A stretch of DNA of 64,000 nt. Origin: Vicugna vicugna (Eukaryota). The DNA is taken from the NCBI GenBank assembly GCA_013265495.1, contig PNXW01015080.1, forward strand, positions 1 to 64,000. Direction: 5' to 3'. Shown piece after piece: positions 12,917 through 26,639 of this stretch (positions within the stretch are counted from its first letter, which is position 1; the number at the start of each line of letters is the position of its first letter). The notes beneath the pieces were generated by a model. It had not been told where the DNA came from. It ran no database searches and worked only from the letters and a program-made list of their open reading frames with translations. The position numbers were made by a program, and so were the translations under genes.

Positions 12917-14089
12917 TGACCCCCATGTCTTTTGCGTATCTAACCTTTAGTGTCTGCTGCTTGGTGGGCCCAAGCTAATGCACGTGATGTTTAAATAACA
13001 GAAATAATTACAACAAAAAGTGAAACTGAAGCAAGTAAGCTGAGGGACACCACTGTCTCACTGTAGACAACTAGTTCCAGCGAGCCCTTCTGCAAGTGCC
13101 TGGGTGGCCAGGGAAGGAGCCCGCTAGCTGCAGGGTGATGCCTGTGGCTGAGAAGAATGTTGCCAGGGTGAACGGGGCGCCTCTCATCTAGCTGAGTGTC
13201 TTCACAGGCTGTTGTTGGAGCTTCTGGCATTACTAGCTTTTTGCGTTGAAAGCTCCCTGCACGCAAAGACTCCATCAAATGTTGCTTTTACACCAGCCAC
13301 CTACAGTTATAAGCATAAATGCTTCATTAAAAATGTGTTAAATTGAACGGACATTCCTTAATAGACAGATACTAACTTCACTTTCTTTGGGTTTGAAGAG
13401 AGGATAAACATGCTGCTGGCAGCTGGGGAGGGCAGGCAGCGGTTGAGCTGCGGAGTTTATGAAATCTGAGATTTTACTAGGGGAGCTTCCCTGGGAATCT
13501 AAAGCAATGGCATGTCTGCTGTCCCGAGTACAAATAGTCAAACTGTCTATATATGTCTAATAATTCTGTCATGTATGTCAGAATTCATACATGCTGTAAT
13601 TGTACTTTAGAAGAGGCTTGGGAAAATGCAAACTAAAATTGTTATAGAGGAGTTTTGACTGAACAGATTAAATATAGTGAAAAAACTTTCCTCCAGATAT
13701 TTTAGACCGAGGAGAACTTCAGAATTTGCTAACATACATTGTTTTAAAAAAAAAAAAAGCTTTTCAAAATTTTGATAAATACAAATTAGACTTGTGCCTA
13801 TGAGAAAGTGAGCAACTAACATGCTTTTTAATCACTGATAGAAATGTGGATTTCTGCATTGTCTCTATTTAGTAAGAAAGTACTACGTGTAGACTGAATT
13901 TCTTAGCCTTCAAATGAAAACTGTAGGTGCAGAAGGCTGAAAGTTTTCATAATTATTCGTTAACCTGCCTGGGACTTTGGAAAGTGGATTCCACGTTCTT
14001 GCATTGAAACTCTTAATAGAACATGAGAAGCTGTTCCAAGGTACTTCAGAAGCTTTTTTTTTTTTTCCTTAGAGTCTTCAGAAAGATAG

Positions 14090-14639
14090 TGTAGGGGAGG
14101 AAATATAATTTTCCTTCTACCCTTCTAGGTTCTTAGCTGAGACATCCCATTAACTGGAGAAAAAGAGAAGTTTAATACTGTGTTACTTCTATATACCTGG
14201 AGAGACCCAGGAAAGTCGAGTAACTCTGACCTGGCCCAAGCTACCATCTTAAATATTTCCAGCTAAAGAGAAAGGATGTTTGGCGACAGGGGCAGTGGGA
14301 GGGGCAGTGGGTGGGAAGCCAGTTATGGGAGGTTTTTAGGCAAAGCATGGTAAACCAGGGAGGGGATGGTTTTTATGCAGATTTGTCAGTTGCCTCATCC
14401 AGTGGTAAGAGTTTCTAGAAACTTCTTCTCCTCCCTGGAACAGAGAGGGAAACACTATTTACAAATGGAGATTTCCCTTATAAATGTAAATACCTCTTTC
14501 AGAAGAGTAACTTCTACTTGGTTTTCAGAGATTTTGCTATGTCTGCTATTACTCTTTAAAAAAAATCACCTTAAGATAATGTTTATGCTTCATGTTTATG
14601 CAAAAGAAGCCTATTTGGGGTTGACAGATCTCCCCCTCA
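14090..14639 (-). mobile_element. ERV1-class solo LTR, MER34-like, full length (550 bp)
   Basis: TG...CA ends, flanked by a 4-bp TSD ATAG (14086-14089 and 14640-14643). The minus-strand start tgagggggagatctgtcaaccccaaataggcttcttttgcat resembles MER34. Confidence 0.8.
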
Positions 14640-15559
14640 ATAGCCTTTGTGTAAAAATCTCCAGGTTTCCTGGATGTAGTTTCTTTCCCATCATCCGCTG
14701 CTTCACGAGTTGCTTGAAGCTGCTGGTTGCCTTGGTGTCTGAAGCTCTTGAGGGAGAGGTCAGAGCATTGTATTTTCCACACAGATGCAGAGTATCAGCA
14801 CGGTCCACTCACTCAGAAATGTTTTAACTTGCAGTGACCTTGGAGAGTGAGACAGCGTAGTGGGGGAGTGAAGGGCATTAGCGGCCTTGGCATCTGTTGG
14901 GATGCAGCGCGGCCATCTCCTGGCATCTGATCTCGGCGACGTTTGCGCTGTGGTGAGCCCTGGCTCCTCCGGAGAAGACACTCAGCACAGACCTGGCACG
15001 TGGAGGCCTGTAGGTGAATGGTCTCCCCTCTCTGGGTCACACAGGTGTTCGCCAGTTTCAAGGGAGACTTCTTTCCATGTAAATGGAGTTAGACACTGAG
15101 ATTCCCTTGACCTCTTTGTTCCAACAGTGGCTTGGGATCTGCAGACTGAGGAAGGGATTGTCCTTCCGGAGCACTGCCTCAGTGGGGACCTCTGTCTTGG
15201 TCAGGCTAGTTATTGGGTTCAAGAGTAAAGGCATCACTTTTATCAGGGATATTTATGAAACAAGAGCTTAGCTGTGGGCAAATAAATATTCCATGTTCTA
15301 ATGAGATGATCTCATTAGAAAAAAGGTTCAGACCTTCTGTACTGGCAAACTATTGTGTGGTTCTGCAGCAGTGGTTACATTCTGTTCCAATACTTCACTC
15401 ATTGGCACTAGCCAGCGCTTTAATACCTTTACCACTCACAGCAACTACTCTTCATGCCAGGAACATAGTCTCTTGCTTCCTTTTTATACCGTGAAGCAAA
15501 ATTTGCTTCAAGGAGATTAAAGTTTAAAATAATAATTAAGAGCAATAAACTGTTGAAGC

Positions 15560-15750
15560 TGCCTGGGTTTGAATAGTAACTTTACTAACCCCTAGCAGTG
15601 TGAGCTGAAGCAAAATTACTTTTGAAAACCTGTTTCCCCATGTGTTTAAATAGGTATAATAAGAATAGTATCTTTGCTACAGGGCTGTTGTTAATGATTC
15701 AGTGAAGAAAAAATAATCTGAGTTAAGTAGACATAGCAAAGGCTTAGTAT
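15560..15750 (+). mobile_element. MIR SINE
   Basis: gcctgggtttgaat...cctgtttccccatgtgtttaaataggtataataag...cagggctgttgttaatgatt. Confidence 0.75.
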
Positions 15751-15974
15751 ATGTTGGTTGGTTTTTCAACAAACAAGTGGAATGATATAAGAACAGTAAA
15801 TACAGTGAAGTGGACAAAGATACAGAGATGTACACATGACTATTGAAGAAAGGGAAAGACCCAGCAGAACTGAAAGGAGTTTATTGCAGAAGCCACCTGG
15901 TAGGAGGTGAGGGGACTATATTAGAAAAGATGAGTATGAGGAATAATGGAGAAGAGAGACATTCTGGTTTAGAG

Positions 15975-16138
15975 CAGTGGTTCTCACATTGTAGCATGCG
16001 TTAGGGTCACCTGAGGAGTCCTTCACAATGCACGTTCCCGGGCCTCCTCCCGGCATTCTGGGTCAGCAGATGTGGGATGGGGCAGAGGAACTTGGTTTTA
16101 CCAAGCGCCTTGGTTAAGGCTGCTGGCCACACTGAGCA
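15975..16138. mobile_element. MER5A-type hAT MITE
   Basis: cagtggttctcacattgtagcatgcgttagggtcacctgagg...attctgggtcagcagatgtgggatggggc. Confidence 0.8.
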
Positions 16139-16266
16139 GCTTTTGATAGGGGGTTGCTGCAGGGTCATGCATAGCCTGGACACAGCTGGAAGGGAGTGGG
16201 TGCCAACTTTGGGGGTCACCCCATGATGTGCAAGAGAGCTTTGGTTGACTTTGTCACATAATCAGG

Positions 16267-16796
16267 TGTTTTAGGATTCCCCAGAGATGTAGAACCAACT
16301 GGATGTGCGTGGGTATATATATGTGGGTGGCTATACATGGAGAGAGGGAGACTGATTACAGAGCTGACTGACTCACATGATTTGAGACTGGGAAGTCCCA
16401 CAGTCTGCTGTATGAAAGCTGGAGAACCAGGAAAGCCAATGATGTGATTCTGGTGATGTGACTGCAAACGCCTTAGAACTGAGGGGTTAATGGTATGAAA
16501 GTCCGAGTTCGAAGGTCCATGAACTAAGAGCTGTGATGGCTAAAGGCAGGGAAAAGATGGATATCCCAGAACAAGCAAAAAGAACAAATTCTTTCTTCAC
16601 CATCTTTGTTCTCTTTGGATCCTCAGTGGATTGGATAATGCCCACCAGCGTTGGTGAGGACAGTCTTTACCCAGAATCCTGATTCAAATGCTAAGTCTTC
16701 GGGAAACACCCTCCCAGGCACACCCAGAAATAGTCTTACTAGCTATCTGGGCATTCCTTAGCCCAGTCAAGTTGATACATAAAACTAACCATCACA
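16267..16796 (-). mobile_element. ERVL solo LTR, MLT2B-like
   Basis: The reverse complement starts tgtgatggttagttttatgtatcaacttgactgggctaaggaatgcccagatagct, the MLT2B 5' end. Confidence 0.88.
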
Positions 16797-19700
16797 TCAC
16801 CTTTAGTATTTTTTTATGTTTTGTTTCCTGGAATCTCATTTTTGACTATGTTCAGCCTATTTGATCTTGCTTCTTCCTTACCAAGATGTAAGTCATGGGT
16901 CAGCCTCTTTTAAATTTTGGCTCTGTATTTGGAGAGTTACCAGCATAGTCTGTCTCACAGCTTATACCACAATTCCTTTATTTCCATCATTCTCATGCTG
17001 AGTTTCTGAATATACATAGTTCATTTGAAAATTTGAGGTGGCGTTTCAAACCCCTCATTTAGATTTCCTGTTAGACCACTTTTGCATCTAACTAAACTCA
17101 ACTTAGTTTACTTCTGAGATTTACAAAGCATACCTATTGAGAGTCTCAACATTTGTAAAATATTTACTATAATTTTCTTGGTATTTGAGAGAGTTAGACC
17201 TTTTGCTTTAGGCTATAACAGTATACAATCTTTTTAGTGTATAAAGCAATTTTTCTTACACAGGGTTGTTAAATCAGTTTTATATCTTTTTATTCCTTGG
17301 GGTGGGGGGTGAATAAACTTTGCTATCTAGCTTTTATAGTACGCTTATCACTTAATATTTAAACTTCCTCGGCACTTTAATTTTAATGACTAAATGGAAT
17401 ATGTAAGGTGCAATGCTTGCCATTTATTACCCTGCATTATAATAAATGTCCCCAAAACTTGATCACAAAATCCCTGCAGAAAAACAATTAGAACTCACCA
17501 TATTTCCTTACTCCTAAATTTTTTTTTTAAAAATATGTATATGCTTGTGTTTTCTCCTTTGATATTTTAACCATGGTGATGTGCTGTCATAATGCAACTT
17601 TGTTTTCTGTCTCTGGGAACATTTGATTTTTTTTTTTTAAGCCTTTCTCCTTGGATAAAATTGTGGGTTCCATGACTTTTTCTGGATAATAACTTTTATC
17701 AGGGCCTGCTGTTGGCCATAGCCCCATAAAGTTTCATTTTAGCAATTAATGTTTAATCCTGTGTCACAGTCAAAACACCAAGTTTCATTTAAAAGTTGAA
17801 GAGTCTCCCCTGTCCGTGAGGGCCTGCTGCAGGCTGAGGCCTGCCCTGGGCTAGGTGTGCAGTCGGCTGCTTCTCTCCCCAGCTACCTGGCCTGGTGTCT
17901 GACACCCAAAGGGGCCATGAACTTATAAACGTGAGGCCTCTAATATAAAAAAAAATTATAAAGCATGGGACACCTATGCAAGAGGGTTAATTTTAATTGG
18001 GGTTAGATTAGGAAAGGCATCAAGGAAATTGTGGCTTTTGAATGAATTCATAAATGAGACTTTGACAAGGGGGACGAGTTCAAGGGAGTGGCAGTGGTGG
18101 CCGGTAGTTGGGAGGACTTGGTACAATCTGGTGAGATCTGCAGCATAATGAGCATAAGCACTATTGTGGGAGGGGGTCGAGTCAAGCTGGGAAGGTCAAA
18201 TTGTGGCTGTCCCTGAGTGCCATGCAAAGAAATCGGGACTTCACGAAGATGATACTCAGGTTGGGTGTGCACTGCATTGTGACTGTCTAGAGGCCTGAGA
18301 ATGGAGCGTGATCTTTGAAGATGATAGGTGATGTGGCATCCACAGTGGTGTCACACAGCCACTGATACAAGGACCTGTTGGAAAGAGATTTATCACCTTT
18401 TGTAGCCATTATCCAGCTTCTGATTGGCTGTGATAAACCCCTCTCCTCCCTCATTCCTGAGATTTTTGTGGTGGAGAATTGAGGATAGTTATTTGGCTCA
18501 GATCCTATCAGTGGGGAAACAGTGATTGAAAATCCTTCCCTTGAAGTTCAGATCTCTCAGAAGTACCTTGATCTTGCCCCTGGTATGAGCTTTTGGGATA
18601 AAAAGAACTGCAAAAAAAAAAAAAAGATATATATACACTTATACACACACGCAAATATATAGACTTGGCAACAAAGAAGCCTTAGAATTAAAATGATTGT
18701 TATATCTCTTGATTTAGATGTTGTTGCATGTCTGTCTTTACATCTGAGCTTTGCTCAGTCTCTTAGAACTGCCTTATGTGAATCTCTACCCTTTTGTTTC
18801 TTAAACTCAAATATTTGACCTTTCTAACCACATTAGACTTTACAGGTTTCTGGTCTTTTATTTGATGTGACTTTGGATTACATACATGCTACCTGGGTCC
18901 CTGGCCACAAATTGTGTGACTTTAGGATACATCACTATAGATCTATACAGAAGGGAATTTTCCTACATAATTTCCTACTTTCCATCCTAGTATTTGAGTG
19001 CCAGTCTTCTAAAATGTTTCCTGTGCATTATTAACAGAATACAGGATATCCAAGGATGTTTTAACATTCCTCCCAAAGTTATCGAGCATAGCTTTTTACA
19101 GTTATCTGCATTATTATGGCATATGCTTTGAGATAGGAAGGCCTAGAAATACAGTATGTCTTTTGGTGATTTATCTATTAGGAATCAGGAATTTGCTAGG
19201 TTGAGTTTAGGGTTCTTTATTATCGGGTACTCTTTTAGAGTAAAGGGCAGGGTGGGTATTCTAGCTTCAAAGCCATGAAAGTTTACCACTAGATGAATCT
19301 TAATATGACTGTGAAATGCAAGTTAGTTTATGTCTGGATTGTGTCTGTGCTCAACTCGTTCTCTTGCATTTGTGACACTTAACCCCAACTTGAAGGTTGG
19401 GCCTTGCCTCCTAAACAGGGCTGCTCTGTCCCTGGTGGGGCCTCTGAATAAGGAGCTGGAAGCAGAAGGCCGTAGACTCAGCCTTGGGCTGGTCTTGTGT
19501 TCAGTCCCGGCCTCATCTTGGTGTCCCTGTTCCCTGGAGACTGGATTTCTGCCTTACTCATCTGTGATCACTTCTCTGCTGGGTGTCCCAGTATCCTTTC
19601 AGATACAGAGAACTCATTTTGAATTCCTTGTTCGCCTTTTTGCTCATAAGCCTTCCAACTTGCCTTCTCCCTGGACCCTGTTTTCACTTTCAGCGTCTGA

Positions 19701-20721
19701 ATTCTGCCCCTCCCTCACACCTGCCCTTTCGTATTGTAGACTCATCTCCCCCTTCGGATCTGCTGTTAGACCTAAGCCCTGTTACCATCTCTGTTAACGG
19801 ACCCTTTTTTCTTGCTCTTGTATCCTGATCGGTGTGGAATTCCAAGTCAAGCCTTCTGTAGTCTGACTTATCAGTTGGTTAAATTTTATGGTGGAATTAA
19901 CTTTACCTTGGTCAGGTGTCATAATCTGGCATGACTTCATAATTCCTCAAGGAGGTGAACTCTTTGTGGGGGATATCATGCGTGCTTGTTTGCTGTGCAT
20001 TTTAAAATACTATCCTTTGTATACCAATTTTCTGTCTCCTTCATTCTGTTTCCCTCCAAAAGGTATTTCTTTATTATCCTGAGATAACTTGTCCCATGAT
20101 TTCAGACCAACTCATGTATATATGCCAGGAATATAGCTGAAGAACTTAAAGCTCTTATGTGTTAACATAGTTTAGCCAAGACACATTGGAAAGCCGGAGA
20201 TGAAATCAAGACTGCATGTTTCAGCTCCTGCTAATCTGATTCATGTAGCCCTCTGTAGGAAGAATCGTTAAAAAAAAAGAATCAAAATTTTTGGAAATTA
20301 CTTTTGGTGACTTGGTGGTAATGCACACTCCATTAATGTGGGCTGGTGGGTAAGCCAGTCTTGATTTCCTTTCCTCTCATCTTTTGCCTCCCAGGAAGGT
20401 GTGTCTGGAGCTCCATTAGCTGTGACCTCATTCTCATGATGGCTTTCTTCTTTCTGTGGCTGAGAATGACTTTATTTACCACTGGGCTGTTGTTGCTGTT
20501 TGGGGCTTAGGGGCCCTGGGATACAGGGAAATGAGAATTCTTGAGCCATGGGAGTAGGAGATAACTTTCAAACATATGAATGGGTATAGCCTAAATCTCC
20601 AAGGGAAGTAACCGAAAACTGATGTTGGAGAACTAATGTGAAAACTTAACTATTTTTCAAACACATGCACTTAAAATCAGAATGTGAGGACGCTAAGCCA
20701 CTTACTCAAGTCCATCAGGAC

Positions 20722-21310
20722 CAGTGCTCCCTTTTTAAAGACAATTTTATAATACTATTTTTTTCTGTCCTGAGATAGAATTTCGTAGATAATAGATCTA
20801 TAATATTTACGAATTTAAATAAATTAATAAGTAAAAAATACAATAAATTACTTAGTGCAAGATAATACATATCAGCGCAGTGCCCTATCAATAGCATAAA
20901 GAAGTAAAAGTAACTTTAGTGAAATAATAAGTAAATCAGTATTCTTTGGGCACAGTTACCCTGAAGGTATCATTTCAAATGCATGCGGTCATATTTAAAT
21001 AAAATCACTAAGTGTGGCAGTCACTAGTGCAGAGTGATGTAAGTATGTGCTATTGTTGACTCCAACACCATGGCCAGTAATGTGTCCAAACCAGCAAATA
21101 GCCATTAGAAAAATTTCTGGTGAAACAGAATACTGTCTTCCCTGGGTTTGTATAGTGATTGTATTGCTGAGAAACTGTATATTGAAACCATGTAAAAATA
21201 CTTTGTTTATATAAACTTGACTTAAGCTCGAATAATATATGGGTTTTCTATTTATGTGGATGTCCTGGAGGATGCTTGGAGCCCCAGGACTGTCCTTAAT
21301 GTGGCAGATC
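20722..21310. mobile_element. Probable hAT (Charlie-type) DNA transposon remnant
   Basis: Starts cagtgctcc, has an AT-rich body and ends ggatgcttggagccccaggactgtcc. Subfamily not resolved. Confidence 0.4.
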
Positions 21311-21479
21311 ATTAAGTATCCCATGAGTTCCTGCTCATCTCCTGCCTGTGTGGTGAGACAGTGATTTCTAGAAAGGAGAAGGCTCATGTTTCTAAGACAG
21401 AGTGTCTGCGGGATTTGTGTGTGTTACTCTTAGTTCTTATACATGGATTGACTTGCACTTAGGTGTCCATTGGCAATTG

Positions 21480-21905
21480 CGACTTTTTTAAAACACACAC
21501 AACAATCACACTGCCAGTGCCCATGCACTGGGGAGGTTCCTTCTGCGACGCAGTCTGGCCTTGCCCGTGTAACTGGCTTTGGCCGATAGGATTTTTACTA
21601 AACAATCCGGTCACAGCTGAGTTGATCCAGACCAGAAAAACTGCCTAGTTGATCCAGAGGATTATGAGAAATAATATTTCTTGTTTAAAGCCCATGAGTT
21701 TTAGAGTGATTGATACAACACAGCAAGAGTCCGTGAATGAGCCCATGAAGAGTCTGTGTTCTGCAGGAACAGCAGAAGAACCGCCCTGCTGCCCAAACTG
21801 TCAGTCTGCAGGATTGTGAGCGATTACAGGATTGTTTCTTAGCTACTGCTTTGAGGTGACTTCTTACAGTAAAAGCTAATTGATAGTGTCTGTGTACAGT
21901 AAGCT
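21480..21905 (+). mobile_element. Two degenerate MLT1 LTR fragments
   Basis: ggccttgcccgtgtaactggctttggccgatagg...gagaaataatatttcttgtttaaagcccatgagttttagagtg, then gaagaaccgccctgctgccc...gattgtgagc...aaagctaattgata. Confidence 0.55.
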
Positions 21906-22214
21906 TAGTTCTTGTTTCCTTGCAGTATCCACTCTTCTTGGTTGCCAGGAAACATGGCATTTCTCTAATCCCTGTCTATTGAGGGATAAAATCTTACAGG
22001 TAATCCCTTTCCTTTTCTTGCCATATGTGATGCCTTTGGTGACATCTTCATAGTCTTGCTTCTTTCGGTTCCTGTAAACGATAGGCCCTTGTTAGAACTA
22101 TTCAGCCAGGCATGACAGCTGCACTACAAACTCAGTTCCAGCCCCTCTGTGACCTCCATAGTCACACGTGTGACTTCACAGTGGGGTTTTACCATGAGAC
22201 AGATCTCACATCGT

Positions 22215-22320
22215 GGAATGAATTTTGCATTTGAAGCCAGGATACTAGAGTATAAACTCTGGCTAACTGTCACTTGTGGCTGTGAGAAGTTTCTCTAACC
22301 TCTTCAAAACCTATATCTTC
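22215..22320 (+). mobile_element. MIR SINE fragment
   Basis: gcatttgaagccaggatactagagtataaactctggctaactgtcacttgtggctgtg...aagtttctctaacctct. Confidence 0.6.
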
Positions 22321-23488
22321 AGCTCTTTTCTTTACATGTTTAACTTGTTTTCTCTTTCGACCTTTGGCTTTATTCTCTTCACTTACAAAATGCTACTTCA
22401 TTTAACAACCAGTGTCCTTTCTGCTTCTTTCTCCTGTTAACTTGCAACTCCAGATTTGTAGATACAACTTAGGTTTTAGAGGAGGGCTGGTGGCCATTGA
22501 TCTTTGATTCTGCCCAGTGCTGCATTCATCAGGTCAAGTTGGACGAAACATGTCCTGGTCAAGATTCTTTCTGCTCTGGAGTAATAAAACCAACTTGAGG
22601 GAGTTAAACACAAGGGTGGGAGTGGGAGGACCGGGTGGTGTCCCCTATTGATGCAGGGCAGGGTGATCAGCCAGGCCTCTCAAGGGCCTTGACTTGGGAA
22701 CTGGAAACTCTTAGGAACAAAGGCAGCTAGACTTCATTTTTCTGCCCGGGGCTGCACGTCCTCTCCCTCTGTCTCTGGTCTCATTCTTGACATGCAGTCT
22801 AGGACACTGTTTCTTCATGGGCATGACTATTATACAGCCTTGGACTTGACACGTTATTACACTAGCTACCAACAGACTGCCTGGAATGAGAGATTCCGGA
22901 TCCCTGGGAGGAGGAGGCTCAGATCTAGTTTGGGGCAAGTGTGCTGAGACATGGCAGTAGGGTCACACTCACAAATGGTGTTGCTTCTGGCTGGGACAGA
23001 GAAAATTCTCCCAAGGCCCTGTTATGAGCAAGACAGACAACCCATGTGCATTGCGTTCTTTTCCTGAATAGGCTGATTTTTGCCTCTCTTGCCCTTAATT
23101 TATGAAGCCAAGCAGTGGAATCCAGAGGGCTGGTTTTCTCAGTGGCTTCCCTCAGCCTTTGTTGATACCTGAGGGTAAACAGTAGAATTTTCCTGGGGAT
23201 ACCCACACTGCTTCAACCTGTCTTACTGGTCCGGGGGAATTCACCTGTGACCGAGGGTGGCAGGATCATGTCCATTCTGGTAGCGGAACAGGGAAGACTG
23301 GTATCTGAAGTACTTCTGGCAAGAAGGGGTAAGAAATACTCTTCTCTTTTTAGTAGCTCTCAGCCTCTCAGAGTTTGTTAGAAGTTGTTCTAATGCGGAG
23401 ACGCAGTCAGTGTGAGAGATGGTCCTGTGTTCCCCCTCCTTCCACTCAAGGGCAGGACTGGAGGAGGAGACAGGTGTTTTCGCTGACT

Positions 23489-23662
23489 CTGTAGTTCACA
23501 ACCATGGTTGCACATTGGAGTCACTTGGTAAGCCTTTAAGAAAAGCCCCATTTAGACCAAGTGAGTCAGAACTCTGGGGCGTGGCCTGGATTTTGATTCT
23601 GACCGCCCCCCCCCACATCTTTTTAAGCTCTCTAGATGATTCTAAAGTTAATCAGAATTAGG
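23489..23662. mobile_element. MER5-type hAT MITE
   Basis: accatggttgcacattggagtcacttgg...ttagaccaagtgagtcagaactctggggcgtggcctgg...ttaagctctctagatgattctaaagt. Confidence 0.8.
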
Positions 23663-23824
23663 GATGACTTTCCTGTTCCAGTTCTAGGGTGGCTCATTGT
23701 CCAGTCTAGAACTTCTATGTTCTGGTAAGATTTTTGGGTAATCTGTATATCTAAAATGTACTTGTTTTATGGATGATAAGATTTTAATTCATTTAAGCAA
23801 ATACAAGAGGTGGGAACTGAATGC

Positions 23825-24225
23825 ACAGAATCTTTTGCAGGAGTTTGGGCTTTATTCTTTAATATGAGCCCTAGGAAAGGATTTAAAAGAAATAAGATCA
23901 GGTGAATGCTTTTAGATAGACTATTCTGGGCAAGCATGAAGAGGATAGGTTAGAGGAAGGCCAGGCGAGTATCTGGGAAGGTCCTGGCAAAAACATGACA
24001 AGCTGAGTAGTAGCTTGAGTAGATAGAGAGATACTGTGCTGGGAAGGATCAGTGGGATCTGGTCATGGATTGGATGAACATGAGGAAGAGGTAAAGACTT
24101 ACGATGACTTCCAACTTCCGGTTTTGAACCGCTGGGTTGGGTAGACAGATAGTGGTGGATTTCCCCAAGACTGGGAATTCAGGAGCAGTAGTGTTGCATT
24201 TGAGATGACTGTGATCTAGACACTT
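23825..24225 (-). mobile_element. L2 LINE fragment
   Basis: ggagtttgggctttattct...aggatttaaaag...gggatctggtcatggattggatg...gatgacttcc...tttgagatgactgtgatctag. Confidence 0.75.
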
Positions 24226-25575
24226 TGATGGGACTGGCTCTTGAGATCTAGGCTGATTCAGACTGAGCCCTTACAAAGCATTAGAGGCTAATAGGGTTCT
24301 AAGCAGAGGTTTTGATAAGGATTCCAAAGGGAGTTAATAGTCTGTTTCTTTTGAAACAGGATCATATCCCCTTAGAGGAGGGAATTCACTAGATCTAAGT
24401 CAGCTTGCCTGGCAGCCAAATAAATGTCACCTGGGGCTACCAGATGCTGTCATTAATTGATGGTGCGTGTCAAGTTTGTCATCTCTATTTGTGTCATCAA
24501 ATATCCCTTCATTCCAAACTTTGGTTGTAACTCTTTGACCTGTGAAGTGTCACTGTCTACTGTCAGAGTAGTCCTTGATCAGACTATTTGCATTCCTTCT
24601 AAACTTACTATTTTTGATGCCATTTTGATAGCTTTTTCCATTATGGCAGATGTATCTATAATTGTATGGCTTTCTTTCTCTCCCTGTCCTTATATATTGA
24701 GGGAAAATTTCTTTGTGCTTTTGGTAGGAAAGAAAAATATCCCAGTTGCTAAATGAGTACAGGCTTTTGCCTAGCATTCATTCAGGCACGGAAGTCGTCT
24801 GGTAGTCACAGAAAGCATGGTTCCTTTAATGAAGCCTTTTGTTTTTCCTACTCGGGTATTAGTTAATTCTGAAAATCATCATAATCTCTTAAGTACCTTA
24901 GTCATAGGAAATGAAAGCACTGTTTTCCTCTGTGCCTTCTTCCACATGCAAATATGATAGGTGTGTTTTTGATTTCTGCCCCTGATTGTGGTTCCATTTT
25001 TAAAACACTCCCTAGGTGTTGTGGTTACTGAAAGGCTTAGCAGGCTCTCTAGCTGATTTCCTATAATTGTCTTTAGAGCAAAATTATTGTTTCCAAACTA
25101 AGCATTGCCTGGGCCCTTATTGGATAATGTAGACAAGTGTTTCCTCTTCTCATTTTCTTCCTTCCCCTTTACGCCTCCTTCTGTATTTGGTAGTCTAATG
25201 GTCTTTGAATTTCTGGAATACATTGACATACAACATTTTTCACATCAACTTTCTCATTTTTAATAGTTCATGTACTTACAACCTTAACATGTGAAAGATG
25301 CACTTTATTTTTCATATGCCATATTATGAACTGTCTACATTGGATGTCATCATGAGCTTAATGATCTTTCCCTTATCACATTTCTAGTTGTCATGATTAT
25401 TAAAAAAAATACTAGTATTAAGTATCAAACTCAAAGATGGCAGAAGTGGAATGGGGAAAGACTTCAGATTGTCAGGGCCGATGCCTGGCTTTCAGGGTGG
25501 GGCCTGAGACTGGCAAGAACAAAGCTGCATACCAGAGCTTAAAGCAGAAAGCAGGTGATGAGGGCGGGCTTACCT

Positions 25576-26018
25576 TGTTGCACTGGATTTCTTTAGTTTG
25601 CTCCTCAAGACCCACCTTCTGCTCTTCTGTACCCTACTCTCTGCCCCAGAGGCTCACCTGTATGGACTCTTATCCTGTGGCTTCTGGTTGAGTTTGGCCC
25701 ACAGGAACCTGGCAGAAGGTAGAGGGAGGAAAGAAGTGAGGATGTTCATTCCCTGTCTCCTCTTTACGGTCATCGGGAGTGGGCTGTGTTCCTTAGCCAG
25801 AATACACGGCTCCCCACGAAGTAACCAACCATGTGACTACTTCTCAGGGTTGCAGTAGCTGCTCCTTCATGCCTTCAGCTGCTGCTAGGGCCGGCTGGGG
25901 TGTCGTCCTTGGTTCTCCTACACCCACACATTGTAAATCACCCTTTTGTAGTAAATTCTCTCATATAATCCCATTCTGAGTATCCCATCCCTTTCCTCTG
26001 GGGACCCAGAGTGATACA
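25576..26018 (+). mobile_element. ERVL solo LTR, LTR33-like
   Basis: ctactctctgccccagaggctcacctgtatggact...ggcttctggttgagtttggcc; ends ttgtaaatcacccttt...ctggggacccagagtgataca. Confidence 0.75.
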
Positions 26019-26639
26019 CCGGTCATACTGAATAGTCTGCTTAGAGTAGAACATTCCGGATACCATACTTCATAGGAATTTTGCTCTGTAAATTTGGATT
26101 CAATTGACTCTGGCTGAAGTTCTTCAGTTCTTCTTGGGATTTTAGGAGAAATAGTTGGGAACCGAAGTCAACTTTTCTTTGGCTATCTTATGGTGAGCAG
26201 AGAGGTTAACTTTTATTTCACTAAAATCTTTGGTCTTCTCTCTTTTGACTTTGTTTTCTCCAACTGCTTGCAGCAAAGCTTGAAGGAAATTCATATTCCT
26301 ACAGAAACCTGATAAATACTCAATTTTCATTTCTACCATAGAGGCAGAATGAAACTTTTCATGTGATAAATTGGTTTAAAATTTATTTATGGTAGCAGTA
26401 GCATATTTTATGCTATAAGGTATAGATTTAAATGGAAAGTTTCCTATGGTGATATTTAGTTAATTAAGTAATTCTTCCCAACCTTTAGTTTGATATCAAA
26501 TATATTATATTAAATTCCATATAATTATGTCTGCTGTTCCAATTTGTAGGGTTTTAATGATTGTTACTTTTTAATGTATCAAATAGAACTAAGTATGTCA
26601 AATGGGGCTAAACTGCCTTGTCTCTTTGATGTTTCTCTT

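Noticed and set aside
13570-13593. 8-bp perfect inverted repeat catgtatg/catacatg
   Set aside because: Too short for a pre-miRNA or MITE, and expected by chance.
14366-14827. 153-aa ORF
   Set aside because: Mostly inside the MER34-like LTR and crosses its boundary.
19330-19828. 155-aa and 81-aa ORFs
   Set aside because: CT-rich composition, no recognisable homology, no supporting splice structure.
24457-24756. Hydrophobic 99-aa ORF resembling a small membrane protein
   Set aside because: T-rich DNA gives hydrophobic translations by chance. No family motif or promoter context.
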